From the NCBI GenBank assembly GCA_963555755.3, contig OY820905.2, positions 4,480,001 through 4,544,000 of the forward strand: DNA of 64,000 nucleotides, given 5' to 3'. The position numbers and the translations under genes were made by a program. This DNA is from Nitrospirales bacterium. Its GTDB lineage: Bacteria; Nitrospirota; Nitrospiria; Nitrospirales; UBA8639. Each line of letters begins with the position of its first letter. Within the stretch, counting starts at the first letter, position 1. The notes beneath the pieces were generated by a model. That model saw only the letters and a list, made by a program, of their open reading frames with translations, did not search any database and was not told where the DNA came from. Below, piece by piece: positions 59,134-64,000 of the stretch.

Positions 59134-59931
59134 ATGAATGAATCATCGAAAAAAGTATCTGCGGTAGTCATCGCCTATAATGACGAGCCCAATATGCGGG
59201 CGTGTTTGGAAAGCCTAGCTTGGGTTGATGAACTCATTGTGGTGGATTCTCATAGCACGGATGCCACGGCGGAGATTAGTCGAGAGTTTACGGAGCAGGT
59301 GTATCAACACGATTTTGCGGGTTTCGGAAAACTTCGCAATGAGGCTGTCGCTCATGCCACTCATGACTGGGTGTTTAGTTTGGATACGGATGAACGGGCG
59401 ACGCCGGAAATTCGTGATGAAATTCGAAGGACGTTAGAGCAAGGACCTCAGGCCGATGCGTATTTTGTGCCAAGAAGGAATTATTTTCTTGGGCGGTGGA
59501 TTCGGCGGTGTGGGTGGTATCCAGATTATCGGCAGCCTCAATTGTTTCACAAGGGTCGCATGCGGTACAAAGAAGACCTTGTGCATGAGTCTTTTGAGCT
59601 TACGGGGAAGATCGGGTATCTCAGAGAACATGTGGATCAATATCCTTTTCGGGATATTGATCAGTATTTGATGAAAATGGATCGATACTCGACGTTAATG
59701 GTCCAGGAGATGGTAAAACGGAAACGGCGGTTTCATTGGCACCAACTCATCACGCACCCGGTCTTTACGTTTTTTAAAATGTTCATACTCCGGCGGGGTT
59801 TTCTCGATCGAAAGCCTGGTCTCATTCTGTCGGGCTTGTACGCCTATTACACTTTTGTGAAGTACGCGAAGTTGTGGGAAATCATGCGAAAACCGGAGCC
59901 ACAGGATTGCGAGATTGATACGGACACGTGA
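59134..59931 (+). CDS. GT2 glycosyltransferase (KdtX/WaaE-like)
   Basis: VVDSHSTD, SLDTDE, GWYPDY, VHE, RGFLD, KYAKLWE. Confidence 0.88.
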   Translation: MNESSKKVSAVVIAYNDEPNMRACLESLAWVDELIVVDSHSTDATAEISREFTEQVYQHDFAGFGKLRNEAVAHATHDWVFSLDTDERATPEIRDEIRRTLEQGPQADAYFVPRRNYFLGRWIRRCGWYPDYRQPQLFHKGRMRYKEDLVHESFELTGKIGYLREHVDQYPFRDIDQYLMKMDRYSTLMVQEMVKRKRRFHWHQLITHPVFTFFKMFILRRGFLDRKPGLILSGLYAYYTFVKYAKLWEIMRKPEPQDCEIDTDT

Positions 59932-61055
59932 GGGTCTTACGCATTCTCCATACGGAATCCTCAATGGAGCTGGGTGGCCAGGAATATGCGACGCTTGAAT
60001 TGGTGGAAGGTCTTCGGAGCCGCGGCCATGTTGTGGTTTTGTTGGTCCAGGACGGCAGTCGGTTGCTGGCTTTAGCAATGGAACGTGGAGTCCCGTGTCG
60101 GAGCATCACCATGAACAAGGCTTTGTATCCTTGGGCCATTCTTCGGCTGTGCTCCATTATTCGGGAATATCGGATTGAGGTGGTCCATACGCATGGGTCA
60201 CGAGATAGTTGGATCGGGAGCCTTGCCGCGTGGTTTTCCGCCTCGAAGCCGGTTGTCGTTTTGTCGAGACACAAATCTACTCCGATTGCGAAGCATGCGA
60301 TTAACCGGATTCTGTACCATCGTCTCGTGCAGAGGATTGTAACGACCGGGGGCGAATTGACCCGAAAGTATTTAATCGATGACCATGGGTTTTCTGAGCA
60401 GCACGTCGTGTCCATTCCGACAGGGGCTGATGTGGAGCGATTTTCTCCTGAGATCGAAGGCGTTCAATTTCGAAGAGAATTCGGGATAGATCAAGACGCA
60501 TGTCTGATCGGGACTGTGTGCTTTTTGCGGAGCTACAAAGGGCTGGATTATTTTCTTGAAGCGGCTGCGATTCTTGTAGGCGACGCGCCACATTGTCGGT
60601 TTGTGATTGTTGGGCATGGTCCGGAACGACAGCAAGTCATGGAAAAAATCACTCAACTAGGATTACAAGGTCGGGTGGTGATGACAGGGCATCGGCAGGA
60701 TGTACCGGAGGTGATGGCGGCTCTTGATGTGTTTGTCGTTTCTTCAACAGCCGGTGAAACGTTGACGCAAACGATTCCTCAGGCCTTGGCTATGGAAACG
60801 CCAGTTGTTGCTACGAATATTGGAAGTATACCAGATATCATTCATCATGGAGAAACCGGTTTTTTGGTGCCTCCAGGAAATTCGCAAGAACTTGCCGATC
60901 ATATATTGAAAATCGTTCAGGATCCTGATCGAGGCGCCACAATGGCTCGAGACGGTCGAAAACTTGTTCTGAATTCGTTTAGTTCTCAAAGTACGGTGAC
61001 CAAAAATGAAACACTCTATCAGGACCTTCTTGGCGAGGTCACCCATGCATCATAA
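59928..61055 (+). CDS. GT4 glycosyltransferase
   Basis: LGGQE, HTHGSRDSW, KGLD, QALAMETPVVATNIGSIPD. Confidence 0.9.
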   Translation: MRVLRILHTESSMELGGQEYATLELVEGLRSRGHVVVLLVQDGSRLLALAMERGVPCRSITMNKALYPWAILRLCSIIREYRIEVVHTHGSRDSWIGSLAAWFSASKPVVVLSRHKSTPIAKHAINRILYHRLVQRIVTTGGELTRKYLIDDHGFSEQHVVSIPTGADVERFSPEIEGVQFRREFGIDQDACLIGTVCFLRSYKGLDYFLEAAAILVGDAPHCRFVIVGHGPERQQVMEKITQLGLQGRVVMTGHRQDVPEVMAALDVFVVSSTAGETLTQTIPQALAMETPVVATNIGSIPDIIHHGETGFLVPPGNSQELADHILKIVQDPDRGATMARDGRKLVLNSFSSQSTVTKNETLYQDLLGEVTHAS

Positions 61056-61085
61056 CCATGACCAGCCTGATGACAGGATGACCTG

Positions 61086-61925
61086 ATGAAAGTTAGCGGG
61101 TTTACATTTATTCGTAATGCGGTTCAGTATGATTTTCCTATTGTTGAAGCCATTACCTCGGTCTTGCCTATTGTCGATGAGTTTGTCGTCAACGTTGGAC
61201 GATCGGAAGATGATACCCTGAATGTCATTCAATCGATTGGGTCAGACAAGATTCGAATCGTTGAGTCGGTGTGGGATGACAGTCTGCGAAAGGACGGGCG
61301 CATTTTGGGAATTCAGCAGGATGTGGCCTTGTCGCACTGTACTGGAGATTGGGCGTTGCTTGTTCAGGGCGATGAAGTCCTGCACGAAGACGATTATCCT
61401 ATCATTCAGGAGGCACTTCGCACGCACTATGAAAATCCAGAAGTATTGGGACTCGTGTTTCGCATGGTCCATTTTAAAGGCGATTACTGGAGTGTGGATC
61501 CTTGGATGTATCGCAAGGCGACGCGGATTGTTCGCAATCACTGCGGTATTCATTCCGCGACAGATGGTTGTGATTTCATGGCACCTGGCAAGCCGCGAAT
61601 GCTTAAGCACGACCCGAATAGCCGCTTGATCAAGGCGCGAATGTTTCATTATGGGTGGGTAAAGGCCCCAAAAGTGATGTGTCAAAAATTGCAATACCAA
61701 ATTAGTTTTTATGAAGGGGATAGGCTTTCCGGTGAAGAAATACATTGGCAAGCGGTTCTGCGTTCTGAATACCCAACATATGATATTTTAAAGGAATATC
61801 AGGAAAGCCATCCGAATGTCATGCAAAGGAGAATCGAAGGGGCAACACGGATTCGTCCTCGAAAAAACCGGTGGCTTAACCCTCAATTTTATTCAGCCAT
61901 CTTACAACATGGATTCCACGGGTAA
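61086..61925 (+). CDS. GT2-like glycosyltransferase
   Basis: SGFTFIRNA, EAITSVLP, VQGDEVLHE, FHYGWVK. Confidence 0.82.
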   Translation: MKVSGFTFIRNAVQYDFPIVEAITSVLPIVDEFVVNVGRSEDDTLNVIQSIGSDKIRIVESVWDDSLRKDGRILGIQQDVALSHCTGDWALLVQGDEVLHEDDYPIIQEALRTHYENPEVLGLVFRMVHFKGDYWSVDPWMYRKATRIVRNHCGIHSATDGCDFMAPGKPRMLKHDPNSRLIKARMFHYGWVKAPKVMCQKLQYQISFYEGDRLSGEEIHWQAVLRSEYPTYDILKEYQESHPNVMQRRIEGATRIRPRKNRWLNPQFYSAILQHGFHG

Positions 61926-61934
61926 ATCTTTTTT

Positions 61935-62726
61935 GTGGAAATCTCAGCCGTCATTCTCACCAAAAATGAAGAGGGCAATATTGGACCCTGTCTCTCCACC
62001 CTCCAATGGGTAGACGAGATTATTGTGGTTGATTCACAGAGTACGGATAATACGGTCGCACTTGCTCGGGCGTTGACCGGGCGGGTGTACGTTGAGCCCT
62101 GGCGAGGCTTTGGTCCTCAAAAGAATTTTGGAATAGATCATGCCAGTGGCGAGTGGATATTGATCATTGATGCCGATGAACGAGTAACGGAAGAGCTTCA
62201 AAAGGAAATACTTGCGGTCATCGCTTCCGTTAAGGGGAGAAGCGTTGTTGGTTTTAGAATTCCCAGGAGGAATTATTTTTATGGAAGTTGGATGAAAAAT
62301 GGTGGAATGTTTCCAGATTATCAACTTCGGTTGTTTAGGAAACAAGTTGGACGTTATGATGATACTCTTCTTCACGAAAATCTGATCATCCCTGGAAATC
62401 TGGAGACACTTCATTCCCCATTAGATCATCATTCCATACCCTCAATCGCCCATCATGTCAGAAAAATGCAGCATTATACGTCCTTAGCCGCCATGGAAAA
62501 GCTCAAAAAGATTCAGAACGTTTCAAGTTTGACTCTCATCAGTCATCATCTTGTCATCTTATTTAAAACGTTCATTCTGAAATCTGGATGGAAAGATGGT
62601 CTTCCTGGATTAGTTGCCGCTCTGTTTGCCGCAATGCACACCTTTGTGAAATATGCAAAGGCCTATGAAATGCTTGAGATTCACCCAAGTCGTAGGTACC
62701 CTTCCCATGTTTCAGATCGATTGTGA
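61935..62726 (+). CDS. GT2 glycosyltransferase (KdtX/WaaE-like)
   Basis: TKNEE, VDSQSTD, IDADE, PDYQLRLF, LHE. Confidence 0.88.
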   Translation: MEISAVILTKNEEGNIGPCLSTLQWVDEIIVVDSQSTDNTVALARALTGRVYVEPWRGFGPQKNFGIDHASGEWILIIDADERVTEELQKEILAVIASVKGRSVVGFRIPRRNYFYGSWMKNGGMFPDYQLRLFRKQVGRYDDTLLHENLIIPGNLETLHSPLDHHSIPSIAHHVRKMQHYTSLAAMEKLKKIQNVSSLTLISHHLVILFKTFILKSGWKDGLPGLVAALFAAMHTFVKYAKAYEMLEIHPSRRYPSHVSDRL

Positions 62727-62916
62727 CATCTCGTCTCAGACTTGCGGAATGGTAAATTTGGAGTCCCGCTCATGCCAGGTTCTCGGCCGATCTTTGGGAT
62801 GTCCTGAGTGTGTGTACATGTAGTCTTTCTCGCAACATCCTAGAGATGATTCCAGAATAAGATGATAACGGCTGTTTCAATAATTATTGTCTAGATTCGA
62901 TGGTTTGGAACAATTC

Positions 62917-64000
62917 ATGCGGAAGATGACTTCAATTCCGAATCATTTGAGATTATGGGTTCCCAAGATCCCCAACTCATACCAAGGGAATCTCTATTGT
63001 ATTTTAGGCCCAGGCCTTGGTGATACTGTCAATGATTTTCGGATTCTCCACGAACTTCGAAAGTATTATTCCTTTGCGACGTTTATTACATATGTCGACC
63101 CGCGATGGAAGGAACTCTACGAACTCATTCCTGAATTTGAGAAGTTGACTCTCCGCTTTTATGACGAGGCTCCTTCCGGCCAATACTCTCCTTCGCTTCA
63201 CAGGAAGCCGTACTATCAAACCTTTCATTCTCTGGTGCATGAGATATGTCAGGAGATCGAGTTGACCCCGGGTTACGTGGCTTTGGCAAGTTTTTATTGC
63301 CCAGATCAGCTACCGAAAAAAGAATCCAGTATATCCATGAAAGCCAGAGCTATTGGTCTCCCCATGAGCCGAGAGCAGCGTCGTCCTTTTTTGCCTTTTC
63401 CTGAAAGGTATGAAGCTGATGTACAACGAGTTCTACAATCGAAAGGAATGATTTCAGGGGAATATTGTGTTGTGGCTCCTCATACGTTTCCTGATAAGAT
63501 GTGGGTTGATGAATCATGGGAACATGTCATGACTGAATGTGTGGAAAAGATGTCGATACCTGTTTTATTGGTAGGACTTCCTGGATACCCATCACTCTGT
63601 CAGGGTGTGGTTCAAGAGGCTCTTGGGTTACCCCTTCATATTGTTGCGGGTCTTATTTCGAAGGCCCGATGTTTTATTGGGCTTGATTCAGGCTTAACAC
63701 ATCTTGCGGCGAGTTATGATATTCCTATCATGACATTGAACCCTCAAGGGAAATTTCCCCCATTCCTTATTGAAGTACAATCACCGATGCGATGGACGCA
63801 TTTGACTCCTGGCATTTATGGTAGTCAGACAATCCCTTCTGAATCAGTTCTTGCAATTGTGAAGAGGGCCTTACAAGAGGAAACACCTGAATGTTGTCCT
63901 CTTTGTTCAGACATACCCTATGTTTTGATTGGAAAGAATGATAAGAGACTGTTTCTTTGTCGATGTGGCCTCGTATTTCTAAGCCCTTCAATCACTAGGC
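62917..64000 (+). CDS. GT9 glycosyltransferase, 3'-truncated by the window, with a Cys-rich C-terminal segment
   Basis: Manually translated open frame: GPGLGDTV, DKMW, FIGLDSGLTHLAAS, then CPLC...CRCG; no stop before the window end. Confidence 0.8.
   Translation, partial: MRKMTSIPNHLRLWVPKIPNSYQGNLYCILGPGLGDTVNDFRILHELRKYYSFATFITYVDPRWKELYELIPEFEKLTLRFYDEAPSGQYSPSLHRKPYYQTFHSLVHEICQEIELTPGYVALASFYCPDQLPKKESSISMKARAIGLPMSREQRRPFLPFPERYEADVQRVLQSKGMISGEYCVVAPHTFPDKMWVDESWEHVMTECVEKMSIPVLLVGLPGYPSLCQGVVQEALGLPLHIVAGLISKARCFIGLDSGLTHLAASYDIPIMTLNPQGKFPPFLIEVQSPMRWTHLTPGIYGSQTIPSESVLAIVKRALQEETPECCPLCSDIPYVLIGKNDKRLFLCRCGLVFLSPSITR

Noticed and set aside
1..64000. CRISPR array, tRNA or rRNA genes
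   Set aside because: No regularly spaced repeat-spacer series or recognisable structural RNA; the repeats are dispersed MITEs and heptamer arrays

Overview
Bacterial chromosomal window; gene content and order look Nitrospirales-like (inference). It has four blocks. (1) 0-33.4 kb: a flagellar filament locus with a hybrid sensor kinase, fliW-csrA, a ~20 kb flagellin glycosylation island, fliC, a broken flaG, fliD, fliS, a PilZ protein and a CsgG/TonB-C-like lipoprotein. The island has pseB/pseC/neuB-like/spsF/pseG plus an unusual tailoring set: class III aminotransferase, methyltransferase, radical SAM, SDR, ATP-grasp, two Gfo/Idh/MocA, GH57-like, cytoplasmic sialidase and Maf-TPR. (2) 34-39.5 kb, minus strand: lon-thiL-DUF2062-HD. 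(3) A complete 1.9 kb ISAs1 element with 10-bp TSD, a DUF4338-like passenger domain and a -1 slippery site. (4) 42-64 kb: bamA-skp-fabZ-lpxA-lpxI-gnnA-like-lpxB-msbA-DUF374-waaA-lpxK-waaF-gmhB-waaC and core glycosyltransferases. Intergenic DNA is dense with small non-autonomous elements: MITEs sharing one covarying core hairpin but carrying different IS-type ends, a MITE nested in a MITE, and inverted heptamer arrays often starting at stop codons. Two toxin-antitoxin cassettes sit in the glycan loci, one bounded by 35-bp direct repeats and one beside an IS91/ISCR remnant. The DUF374 gene needs a -1 shift at an A_AAA_AAG motif to reach its conserved C-terminus. No rRNA, tRNA or CRISPR array was seen. 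All calls come from motif reading only; no searches were run.
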